Shown here: positions 23,936 through 36,137 of the stretch, in pieces
How positions within the stretch are numbered: the stretch's first letter is position 1
How the letters are laid out: every line of letters starts with the position of its first letter
Source: Octopus vulgaris
Lineage: Eukaryota
Direction: 5' to 3'
DNA: 64,000 nucleotides
NCBI GenBank assembly: GCA_951406725.2
Contig: OX597839.1
Span: 12,338,001-12,402,000 of the forward strand
Notes under the pieces: model-generated
What the model saw: only the letters and a program-made list of their open reading frames with translations
Database searches by the model: none
What the model was told of the DNA's origin: nothing
Made by a program: the position numbers and the translations under genes

Positions 23936-26066
23936 TATATTTTTTATCTTTTACTTGTTTCAGTCATTTGACTGCAGCCATGGTGGGCCACCATCTTGAA
24001 GAGGTTTAGTCGAACAAATCAACCCTAGGACTTATTTTTTTAAAGTTTAGTACTTATCCTATCGGTTCCTTTTGGCGAACTGCTAAGTTACAAGACGTAA
24101 ACACATCAACATTGGTTGTCAAGCTGTGGTGGGGGACAAACATAGACACAAAGACACACACACATACAACGACTGGCTTCTTTCAGTTTCCATCAACCCA
24201 ATCCCCTCACAAGGCTTTGGTCAGTCCGAGGATATAGCATGAAGACAGTCGCCCATAGGTGCATTTAGGACTGAACAGGCAACCATGAGGTTAAGAAGCA
24301 AGCTTCTTACCACAGTTATGCCTGCACCTATAATCAGAATCTTTATTTTATTGCCTCCTCCTCACTCCGGAAGAATGAAATGTAACGAGGACATGGGATA
24401 CAAATATAGGTTTGATTTTTGTCTCTGCAAACAAGGTGGTTGGGCAGTGAGATGTTGGAGACATTCATGCTGAAAATAGTCAAACTGCTATTAGAAGCTT
24501 AGACAGGTTCTAAAGTTAGGGCAGGCGAGCATATGGAAAAAAAAAAGAAAAAAAAAGAGTGCTGTGACACATAGCCCAGCATGGCCACAGCTCGTGAGCT
24601 GAAACTAGATGAAATAAAAATAATGAAATAGCAAACATTTTTCTTTAATCCATTTTTCTTATATTAGGCGAAATATTTCTTTGATTATAATATACGTAAT
24701 TGTATTGTACATTCATTAATTTTGTGTTTTAGTAACAATGTCATTATGTTTGAAGCTTACAACTACTAACATGGACAACTAAAGAGTTAAAAAGAATTGT
24801 TGGAAAGGCATCAATTTTGAAAAATGTGCTCGTGGGGAGCAGTGACTTTCCTTGCTCTCCATTAGCTACGTCCCTGACTGCTATATAACACACACACTCA
24901 CAGTTCCAATTTGTATCTGTCTATAGATCATAAATTTTAATTTATGAACCATCTCGCCCCCAGACTTTTAGTTTGTGACCAGCATCTAGAAGTGGAGGGG
25001 TCGGTGGAAACTTAGTTGCTATATCAGTTCTGCTCCACAGGGCGAAGGATGGGCCTGTGAATAATATCTGATGAATAATATCTTAGTGAAAGAAAATTAA
25101 ATTAATGATAGTAAAAACAGAACTCACAGTTCCTTGAGTTTTCAAGGGATCCGCCCTACTACTAACTAGGAGCTAGGGGTAGCACAAAATCAATCTTGTT
25201 CCGCTTCGCAAAATTTCGTTTGGAGGGCCTCTTTCTGTTACCACCAAAACCATAGACTCTAGTCAGTAATACACCAAAGTTAGATATCTTAGTCTGTGAC
25301 ACACTAAAGCCCCATGTCTTAGTCTGTTACACACCTATATAATGTAAGAAGCCTTTTCTTCCTTTAGAAATCTAAGTGATCGCTCGGTTTGCTAGAAATA
25401 ACAGCTAAAATCGCTTAAATGACACCTTACTTTCTTTAATTAAGTAAAAATGCACATTAGATGTTGTAGTCCTACATAACCCTGAACAGATGGAATGATC
25501 ATGGCTAGAATGCCTTCGATCATAGGTCTGACCGATCATAGTTATGATCGATCGGAACTGATCTGGGGCCAAACTACGACAACTTCCGTGACGGCTGGCC
25601 TAGGTATATTATTGTACACTAGAACATGAGATCGATAGAGTATGTACCAAATACATACCGAGATCGATGTCATCCACTCTTGCCTTCTGTCAAAAATATG
25701 TAACCATCATGTTTGTGCTAAAAATTATTCTTTAAAATAAACAATAATTAGCAGCAAACGGTAACGTAAAAGCCTGAAATTTTCGACGATAGCTTATATT
25801 TGATCTTTATAAGTACGAATCGAAGATACAAAAACAAAGTAACTGAGAGCCATCCACCGAGAATCGGACAATGTATTTATCGGTTCTGTGCATATTTTCC
25901 TCGCTAACTTCGTGGCTAATTAAATATAATTTATTTTTATAAATATCGGCCGTCAAAAGTTGTATTAGTTATCTCCCTTGTTGAATTACCTCTCTTGAGC
26001 AGTTGTTTATTTTATGGTAAATTCCGATATCAGGAAATGTTTAACAGACAAATAAATATTTTCAAA

Positions 26067-26243
26067 TAAAACCACGCAGCAGACCCAGTTAAATATTAAT
26101 ATATATTTTAGGATAGATATATGCGAATGGTGTTGAATAAAGATGTTATATTTCTGCTTTAGTATAACCATAAGAGAGATCAGTGTCCTATGTATATACC
26201 ATGGCTTATAGGTATATAAGCTGTGAGATTGCAGTGTAATGTT
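26067..26243 (+). promoter_or_regulatory. Type 3 Pol III promoter of RNase P RNA copy 2
   Basis: TATATAA at 26213-26219; identical to 17813-17989. Confidence 0.7.
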
Positions 26244-26581
26244 GGGTTCAGGTGTAAGCTCGTTTAAGGGATAACATCCAGGTACTTTGGTTGCCTCGTT
26301 CATCCTTGGGAAGGTCTGAGACAAAGGCTGTATTAATAACGTCCCAGCTGGACGTCCCTGTGAGAGGGGAGTGGTTCACCAGACACAACGGTTTCCTCAA
26401 GCTAACATGTTTAAACGTCAAATGACAGCCACGTTGTGGTTGGATGACCTCTGTGTTAGCTTGTTGGTTGAAAGTGGTCCATGGCCAGCGCGTAGAGCAG
26501 CTTGATAAACGAGGTGGGTGCAGAGTTCGATTCTTCGCTCCAGCCCCATAACTCAATTCAGACTATTCTTCATCTGGGCCC
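26244..26581 (+). ncRNA. RPPH1: Nuclear RNase P RNA (H1-like), copy 2
   Basis: Same conserved regions and helices as copy 1 at offset +8254; four substitutions only (26349, 26538, 26577, 26581). Confidence 0.95.
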
Positions 26582-26589
26582 TTTTTTTT
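26582..26589 (+). terminator. Pol III oligo-T terminator (T8)
   Basis: T8 directly after the P1 3' strand CATCTGGGCCC. Confidence 0.85.
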
Positions 26590-26817
26590 ATTAAAGCCTG
26601 TACAATATATATCCTATTTATGCACATTTTCAATCTATAGAATCCGAGATTTTCCTCGATTAATCTGTGCGACCAAGTCGTGCTGATTCCCGAAAAGCAA
26701 AATATTCCAAGGCGGAACATGGGTGTTTTCCAGAAAGTTCTTCAATAAAGATGGCGACGACGTCGTACCATTCCTCGCGCAAAATACATGGAAAATTGGT
26801 TTAAAGCTTCGGTTTAT

Positions 26818-27285
26818 GTTTTCCCTCGTAACTTGGGGGAAAATGGGGTTTTCTCAACGAAATTTTATAGAAATACCTTTCAAAGGACATACATTACAAT
26901 TTGTGGTGAAAATCTTTTCGGGGAGAGGACTTCGGAAAATTCACAAGACTTGAGCTTTCCCCTCGTAACTTTTAGGAAAATGGGGTTTCTTTTTTCAAAG
27001 AAATTTTATAGAAATACCTTTCAAACGGCATACATTACGATTATAAAGAAATCTGTGGGAAAAATCTTTTCTAAGAGGGTGAGGAGAAGACTTCGAAAAA
27101 TTCACAAGATCCGAGCTTTTTCCCTCGTAACTTTTAGAAAAGTGGTTTTTGTTTTTTCAATGAAATTTTGTAGAAATACCTTTTAAACGGCATACATTAC
27201 GATTATAAAGAAATTTCAGGGGAAAATCTTTTCCAAGGAGGTGCAGAGAGGACCTCGGAAAATTCACAAGATCCGAATTTTTCCA
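26818..27285. repeat. Tandem array, about 3 units of 140-160 bp
   Basis: Repeated TTTCCCTCGTAACTT...TAGAAATACCTTT...CATACATTAC...GAAAATTCACAAGA. Confidence 0.85.
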
Positions 27286-27646
27286 TGTTATATTCCGAAA
27301 TCACATTGAATTTTCTACAGATACCCTAGCGTAGTTCCACTACACCACGTAGTATTTTTTCTACCCACTTTCAATAATTCTTAATGTTTTGGCTTCATTT
27401 TTTTTTCATGTTATCTTCAATTATTTTTACGCTTTTTTAACCCTTCCGTCGTTATTCTCACTCACTTGTTATTACTTCCCCCCTCTCTCTATATATATAT
27501 TATATACACACACGTATATACTCACACATATACACACACTCATACATACATACATATATATACACACACATACATACATATATAAATATACACACACACA
27601 TATATACATACATACACACACACATATATATATGTATATATATATA

Positions 27647-27706
<60 letters not shown>

Positions 27707-27715
27707 TGGAGAGAA

Positions 27716-28135
27716 ACGTTTCCGAAGAAATCTTTTTTTTTAAATGCACTTTTGAAGTTGAGGTGCGAATCTGCATCAGTCCCCTTTCTTTACACATATT
27801 TTAAGATGACATTTTGCAGAAAATCGTTTTCTGGAGTGTGGATTACATTACATTGAAACATCAAAGAAGTTTGAAAAGTATAATAAAAAATTAGTGGTAA
27901 CAATGTCAGGACAAAAAGAAACCATGTTAGTGTTTGTGTGAGACAAGTCAAAATGTATTAAAACAATCTTTTACATACCTGCTAAAATTACTGGATATAT
28001 GGATCCCAGGATCCATATATCCATAAGTCCAAAGTTGCAAAACAGTTTTGAAATGGCATCAATTGTTCCTGTAGCAATTTTTCGCGCCTAAATTTTAAGG
28101 TGGTAATTAGCACGCTTCGATTTCATGTGGAGAGG
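27716..28135 (+). repeat. Left arm of a 420-bp inverted repeat
   Basis: Reverse complement of 31196-31613 (ACGTTTCCGAAGAAATC...CGCTTCGATTTCATGTGGAGAGG), with scattered differences. Confidence 0.85.
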
Positions 28136-28574
28136 GGGGGGGTCGTTTATGATTTGGGGGGGGGGGGCTGTACAATATATATCCTATTTATGCACCTTTT
28201 CAATTTATTGAAGTTTTACGGCAGAATCCGAGGTTTTCCTCGATTAATCTGTGCGACCAAGCTTGTGCTGAGGAAGTGATTCGCGAAAGGCGAAATCTTC
28301 CAAGGCGGAACATGGGTGATTTCCAGAAAGTTCTTCAATAAAGATGGCGATGGCGACGTCTTACCATTCCTCGTGCAAAATGCATGGAAAATTAGATGTC
28401 GGACAATTGTGGGTAAACGGCAGGACACCGTTTTCCATGAAAAATGTAAAGGCAGTATTATTTTTACCGTGGAAACGCAGAACTCCATCATAAAGAGTGA
28501 TATTGCAACAATTGCATAGAGCCATGGTGCTAGAGCAAAATTAGGATTTCGTGTGTCCGTGCACGCACGTGAGA

Positions 28575-28606
<32 letters not shown>

Positions 28607-28905
28607 TGATGAAGGATGTCTTTTAAGGTAATACACTCATATAGAAAATGCGACGTCATCATGGTCGTCGTATGAAATGTTTCCGATACATAACGTATAG
28701 TCTTTTACTTGTTTCAGTCATTTGACTGTGGCCATGCAGGAGCACTGCTTTTAGTCGAGCAAATCGACCCCAGGACTTATTCTTTGTAAGCCTAGTACTT
28801 ATTCTATCGGCCTCTTTTGCCGAACCGCTAAGTGACGGGGAAGTAAACACACCAGCATCGGTTGTTAAGCGATGTTGGGGGGTACAAACACAGACATGCA
28901 AACAT

Positions 28906-28956
<51 letters not shown>

Positions 28957-29021
28957 TAAAACGGTAAGATAACAAAAGAAAGAAAGAGACCTCAATATTA
29001 TGTAAATAGAGGAAATTTATC

Positions 29022-29258
29022 TATACAATAATATGTTACATTACTCGATAGTCAAGATAAAACTCCGAGTTTCAGATGCCAAAGTGGAAATCCACAACAC
29101 CATCTCTTCGGTTATCTGGCTATTTGAAAACGCTATGAAAAAATCTTTTTCATAGCGTTTTCAAATAGCCAGATAACCGAAGAGATGGTGTTGTGGATTT
29201 CCACTTCGGCATCTGAAACTCGGAGTTTTATCTTGACTATCGAGTAATGTAACATATT

Positions 29259-29266
<8 letters not shown>
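29022..29266. repeat. Near-perfect palindrome (121-bp arms), Penelope pseudo-LTR-like, with a hammerhead-like motif in each arm
   Basis: Arms pair around the loop ATC (29143-29145) with one mismatch (A29081/C29207). Confidence 0.9.
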
Positions 29267-29312
<46 letters not shown>

Positions 29313-30489
29313 TATATACGACGGGCTTCTTTCAGTTTCCGCCTACCAAATCCACTCACAAGGCTTTGATCGGCTGAGGCTATAGTAGAAGATACTTAGG
29401 CAAGGTGCCACGCAGTGGGACTGAACCCGGAACCATCTGGTTGGTAGGCAAGCTACTTACCACACAGCCACCCCTACGCCTATATATGGAAAAGATTATA
29501 GTTTTAAATTTTTGTAATTTAAATATGTCAATGACAATAAAGTTTAGTTAGTAGTGGAAATAGTACTGAATCTTTTGATATCCCATACGTGAAAATCGAC
29601 AACTCGGTTTTGGAATGCATAAGCAAAATATCCACACTGAAAACTCCATAATTGATCCACACACACCTCCTTACTCAGTAATAAAGGGTGCGCGAGCACA
29701 ACAATCTCTTCAGCTCAGAAAATGAACGGTTAAAACAAGAGAAGCAGCATGTTATACATACCTGTTGTATACGTCGGTTTTGTTTTTTCGCTTTAAAGAT
29801 AAGCGATTCTCATAGAAGCAAACACGGTATTAAATAATTCTCCGTCATACGTCTACTAAAAAGTTTAACATACTTCCAAAATGGGACTTCGTCTATGTTT
29901 ATCTACGTGCGTTAGGGTAGGGTTTATCTATGTATAGGTATGTTTGTATGTGTGTGTGTGTGTGTGAAATATCCCATCAGCAACAATCATCATCATCATC
30001 TTCTTCCCAACAAGAAGCAACTGTTGCTATGCTTCTGAAATTGTGTAAATGTGTGTATGTATGTATGTATGTGTGTGCGTGGGGGTTCTTTTGCAAGATA
30101 CATTTTGGCGGTAAGGACTGAACCCATTGTTTCATTATCACAATTAAAAATAAATTCGATGGATTAACATCGCACAAATTCATACATTATTTCCGTTAAC
30201 CTCTAATTGAAACCAAGAAGCTACCAACAATCTTCAACTTCTTCACAATATTTGTACCTTTTAAAAAGAAGCACCTGTTACTATTTTTCTTATTTTATTT
30301 TACATTGTGTACACCCAAATTGGAACTTCTACTGTACCTTGTACGAGAGAACATTATAGATTTATCTGAAGACAAAACATATTGTCATTGAAAAAACGTG
30401 TGCTTGGACACATTCGATGAATTTTCCTAATTTTAGTTGTTCAATTGACGGGTTTGTCAATAGGAAGTGCGCCAAACGTTAAAAACAAA

Positions 30490-31000
30490 ATATCTTTTCA
30501 TCGGGAAAGGTACATTTAAAGAAAAGTCTAAGCTGCCATTATATGTAATTTTTCATTTAGTGTTTGATTTTATTTTCGTGTGACGATAACTGCAAGTATG
30601 AATCGCATTGATATAAAAACTGCCGTTCAGTGGTACCAGTTCTGTAGCGATGTTTGCTCGGCAAAACTGCTGCAGGGCAAAACCCCTATTGGTGGTCCGG
30701 ATCATATAGTGGAGATCGATGAAAGCTTGTTCTTCTTCAATAGCAAGAACAATATAGGAAGAATGTGTCGCAAAACTTAGGTTGTCCGATGTTATGACAC
30801 CACAACAAGAAAAAGGATTTCTTCAACGTGTACCCGATAGGAGTGCAGAGACGTTGGAGAATGTTATCAGATAAAACGTTCTTCTAGGAACTACTGTTAT
30901 GACTGACAATTTGGCAAGCTATTGTAATCTCCACATACACGTTTACATTCACCACACGGTAAATCATTCCCCAAATTTCATAGATCGGTCACTGGGGCAT
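30490..31000 (+). mobile_element. Merlin (IS1016/IS1595-like DDE) transposase pseudogene
   Basis: GTFKEKSKLPL...PIGGPDHIVEIDESLF...NIGR...RVPDRSAETLENVIR*NVLLGTTVMTDNLASYCNL...HHTVNHS; VEIDES, TD and H.TVNHS are Merlin hallmarks; frameshifts and stops. Confidence 0.88.
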
Positions 31001-31195
31001 ATACAAATTGGCGGAGGTAAAGATCATCGAACGCACCGACTTTGGGATATTGTTTTGATCTTATTTTTACATGAACACACTATATCGAGGGCGGATATTC
31101 CGAATCTGCATTTCAGAATTTATATTGTACGGGTCAAATTAAAATTTTTTTTTAAATACATAAATGACAAAACACACCTTTACTCACTGTCTCCG

Positions 31196-31613
31196 CCTCT
31201 CCACACGAAATCGAAGCGTACTAATTACCCACTTAAAATTTGGGCGCGAAAAATTGCTAAAGGAAAGCAGAAACTATTGATACCATTTCAAAATTGTTTT
31301 GCAACTTAGGAATTATACATCCTGGGATCTACATATGCAGTAATTTTAGCAGGTATGTAAAAGATATTGTTTTAATACATTTTGACTTGTCTCACACAAA
31401 CATGGTTTCTTTTTGTCCAGACATTGTTACCACTAATTTTTTATTATCCTTTTCAAACTTATTTGATTTTTTCAATTTAATGTAATCCACACTCTAGAAA
31501 ACGAATTTCTGCAAAATGTCATCTTAAAATATGTGTAAAGAAAGGGGGCTGATGCAGATTCGCATCTCAACTTCAAAAGTGCATTTTAAAAAAAAAGATT
31601 TCTTCGGAAACGT
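31196..31613 (-). repeat. Right arm of the 420-bp inverted repeat
   Basis: See 27716-28135. Confidence 0.85.
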
Positions 31614-33874
31614 GTGTGTGTATGTATGTGTCTATATATATATATATATATATGAGCGTCCAATAATATAATTGTTCCACGTCCTCGCGTTGTTGTGTTT
31701 TCTCTTTGTGTTTTCATGTTTGGATTAACTATATATATATATATATATATGTATGTCTGTGTGTGTGTGTGAATGCGTGTATATGTATATGGATGCATGT
31801 ATATATGTATATATATGGCGATCATTCGGTACTAGTTACATAGCTGTCAATTGTAAACCCACGTGGGTTTATTTACATTTCTGAAGAATAAAGAAACCCT
31901 TCCCTAACCTTAACCCTAACCCCAACATATATAAAAAAAATTTACGGAAAGTGACGATCTTCTTCAAATGTAAACAAATAGACGTGATGTAAGCGGTACT
32001 CATATCGAAAGAATGCTATGGATTTTTCCAATGTTAACATTAAAACAAATGCAGGTATAATAATAATTTTTATTATTATGAGGGTCGGCTGAAATGTTCA
32101 TAATCTGAGCAAGACACACTCAATGGAATGTGACGAAATGAAGTTCATTTTCTAACATAGTTCCTCTTACTGTCCACACACTTCCATAAGTAGTTGCAGT
32201 GCTTGGGTCGCACTGGTGAAGAAGCTTTTCTCTTGATCAAAATGGTCATCAACAACAGATAAGATGTTCTCATCATAGTGATACTGGTGCTCAGCTGAGT
32301 GTTTTTTCTATGTTGGGACATAGGAAGGAACCAAATCACCAGAAGGAACCAAATCACTAATATAGGGAGGATGATCAACCAGTTCAAAGCCAGTCACACA
32401 CAGCAGCCATTGAAACCAAGGACTTGTGTGCTGAAGCATTGTCCTAATGAAACAAGACCCCATTCATCAGTTTTTCTGGGTGTTTGGTCTTGATAGCCTT
32501 TCATAACTGCCTTAGGAAGTTGGCATTGAAATTTTCCATTGATGGTGTGATCATTTTGAAGATAGCCAATAAACACAATATTTTTTGCAGGAGTGGCTGT
32601 GTGGTAAGTAGCTTGTTTACCAACCACATAGTTCCGGGTTCAGTCCCAATGCATGGCACCTTTGGCAAGTGTCTTCTACTATAGCCTTGGGATGACCGAA
32701 GCCTTGTGAGTGGATTTGGTAGACGGAAACTGAAAGAAGCCCGTCGTATATATGTATAATAATAATAATGAAATTATTGTATACAGTGCTCAGGTGCACC
32801 ACAACTTGTCAGAAAGTGCATATAAAGTACATGCAGTAGTGTAGAAATGTCTGGGTGTATGGAGGGGAGAAAATCGTATATATATATATATATGCGTGTG
32901 TGTCTGTGTTTGTCCCCCTACCATTGCTTGACAACCGATGCTGGTGTGTTTATGTCCCCCGTTACTTAGCGGTTCGGCAAAAGAGACCGATAGAATAAGT
33001 ACTGGGCTTACAAAAAGAATAAGTCCCGGGGTCGAGTTGCTCGATTAAAGGCGGTGCTCCAGCATGGCCGCAGTCAAATGACTGAAACAAGTAAAAGAGA
33101 GAGAGAGAGAGAGTATATATAATAATGTGAAGTGTATTTTGCATATTAAAATGTTTAATTTTGGAGTAAAAGTAATAAAGAAATATATACAGTACTGTTT
33201 CTACTTCGCGGATTTTCACCTATCGCAGGGGGTGTTAGAATGTAACACCCGCGATAATCAAAGGATTACACACACACACGCACACATGTGTAAGCATTTG
33301 AGTGTGGTTGTGTGCGAGTGTTTTTCTCTTAAAACTAATGATACAAAATAGAAAATGAGAGCTATTTCTCTTGTTCAATAATTTAAATCTGGCAGGGATT
33401 TCACGAATATTGCAGAACACTGCCAGGTATTTCAAACTTAAGACTCACAGTCTGTCTCATACCAGTTGCCTCCAGTTACCAAAATGTTAAGAATAGGAGA
33501 CACAAGGAATATAACAACCTCAGAACTAATTCGCCTTACTGTGAGAGAAGAAAGGAAACAAAAATATCTTCACAGACGAATTCGTCATCATCACTACCAA
33601 CATCATCATCATCATCGTGATGACATCATTTCTAAGACAAGAATTCTTCATTTTGGTATTTCGTTCGAGTGTTGTTGTTTTATTTTTTCTTTGCCAAACA
33701 ACTTTTGGACAAAAGAAGCTTTGTACAATTTCTCGAATAACATTTACATCGTGTGTGTGTGTATTGAAAGCTATATAACTAGATAGATGCAGATATTATA
33801 TGTATACACACATACACTAATATATATATATATACATACAGATATATATACATATACAGCCATAAATACATATG

Positions 33875-33928
<54 letters not shown>

Positions 33929-34151
33929 TACATATATATTTTATCTTCACCCATCCAATACAATAAATGAATTAATTGCATTGCAATTATAAGCATTTAT
34001 GTATTTAGTATTTGGGTGCTTCACCAGCAGTATATTGGATAACTGATATCCCATAGTGGGTTACCCTCATAACCCCTATCTTACTTTGTACTATATATAT
34101 ACACATAGATACATATACATGAATATACATAAACATATACACATATGTATG

Positions 34152-34750
34152 TATTAGACTGGCAACTAAGTTCCCGCTGTTTTTTTAAATCTAAATTTTT
34201 TAAAAGGTTTAATAAAAAATAACAACTAATTAATCAATAATGCATTCATCCTTGTTGTTTACAACTTCTTCCCGACGTTCAACAAGATTTTCAGTACCTC
34301 GTTGGTAGAAGTCACCCAATTTTGACTTGAAAAATTGATCCAACCAAGCTCTCAATTCTGCCTCAGTATCGAACGAAACTCCGCGCATAGCATTTGAAAG
34401 AGATCGAAAGAGGTAGAAATCCGTTGGTGCCAAGTGAGGAGAGTACGGCGGGTGTGGCAGCACTTACCAGCCATGCGTTTGAATGGCTTCCTTGGTCATA
34501 TTGGCGATATGAGGGCGGGCGTTGTCATGCAGCAGAACTCCATGTTGCTGATTAGGTCTTTTCTCTTGAATAGCCGTGTTGAGTCGTTCCGTCTGTTGAA
34601 CATAGTTCCGAGTTGACCGTTTGGTTCCATTCAAGCAATTCGCAATGGATAATCCCTTCCCAGTCCCACCATACGCACAACATTGTTTTACACAGATATA
34701 AGAGATAGATATTAAATCAGTGATCATTGCTTAGATTAACAAAGCTATGC
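34152..34750 (-). mobile_element. Mariner (DD34D) transposase 3' remnant
   Basis: LLHDNARPHIA...LPHPPYSPHLAPTDFYLFRSL...FYQRGTENLVERREEVV; TA-flanked terminus. Confidence 0.9.
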
Positions 34751-34829
34751 AAAAACCTTGATATCCCCAACAATAATAATAGCATTATCTACATTTGACG
34801 TATATTTCTCCTCATCTTGTTTGATGTTA

Positions 34830-34873
34830 ACACTATATTTTGGCTGATATACCCTCCAGCCTTCATCAGGTGT
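34830..34873 (-). other. Decayed Penelope-type hammerhead ribozyme motif
   Basis: ACAC-CTGATGA-AGGCTG...CAGCC-AAAA (GAAA mutated)-TATA-GTGT. Confidence 0.55.
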
Positions 34874-35055
34874 CTTGGGGAAATTTCGAACCTGGAACTC
34901 TTGTGAGAAAAAAAAAATTTCACAGCCCAGACAGGGTACCTGAAGATATATATAAATCATGTTCTTTGTCTATCTCCTTAACTTCTTGGAGATTTTAGGT
35001 ATAATTATACTAATGTGTCCATCTGTTCTAATTTAATTAAATTCTATGTCTTTAC

Positions 35056-35141
35056 GCAGCTGAGGATTGCTCTGCATTTTAAATTGATGTAAAGAATTGC
35101 ATTATTCAAATAAATGGAGTTGCATGAAATGATCGTACTGC
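35056..35141 (+). other. Type I hammerhead ribozyme motif (Penelope-type)
   Basis: GCAG-CTGAGGA-TTGC...GCAT-GAAA-TGATCG-TA-CTGC: stem I GCAG/CTGC, both core boxes intact, near-palindromic stem III; stem II closing pair mismatched. Confidence 0.55.
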
Positions 35142-35257
35142 ATTACCTCTGGATATCCTTGTTGCTTATTTTGATTTTAATCACCTTACTTTGAAATTGT
35201 ATGGGTAATACTGTACTAAATTCTGGTGCCTCAACTTAGGTATCATATTCATCTGAA

Positions 35258-35322
<65 letters not shown>

Positions 35323-35341
35323 ATATATAAATATATGTATG

Positions 35342-35375
<34 letters not shown>

Positions 35376-35485
35376 CATATGTATATATATGTGTGTATAT
35401 ATGTATATATATATATGTATATATATACATATGTATGTATGTGTAGATATATATGTATATGTATGTATGTATATATATGTATGTG

Positions 35486-35518
<33 letters not shown>

Positions 35519-35555
35519 GTATATATATATGTATATGTATATATATATGTATGTG

Positions 35556-35586
<31 letters not shown>

Positions 35587-36012
35587 GTGTATATATATAT
35601 GTATATATATGTATGTATATGTATGTATGTATATGTATGTATATATATATATAGAACAAATAGTGAGGGATTATCAACCTGGGCAAAATGCTTCATAAGC
35701 TCTCTGTTGGCACACCATGCTAACATGAAAATCCCATATCAAACTTCAACATAATGGTTGGAGCATATCTAACCTATATACAATGCTAATATGGTAATGG
35801 GTGCTGTCCTGGCTACAAACACTAAAGTTTGAGGACTGTCTCTCTCTTCCAAATTTGGCAATACAGTAAGCGACTACTGTACCATTCCCTTACCTATCTC
35901 CACCCCTTTTGTAACCTGCCTTCCTCTGTTCCCTGTTCTACTTGAACATTCCCATCTTCTCCTCCCAACACAATAGCCATTCCTCAAGTGCTCTGCTTGT
36001 TATAACTAGAAA

Positions 36013-36137
36013 TGGCTCTGACGAAAGTAGCATTAATTTTCATGGGTCGTTCAATTTGCCTCGATTGATCAATAAATCAGTTGAGTAAACCTATCAGTAA
36101 TTTACCTATAATGACTACTGAAAACAGGTGTAAGCCA
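36013..36137 (+). other. Type I hammerhead ribozyme motif with long stem II loop
   Basis: TGGCT-CTGACGA-AAGTAG...(about 85 nt)...CTACT-GAAA-ACAGGTG-TA-AGCCA. Confidence 0.55.
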
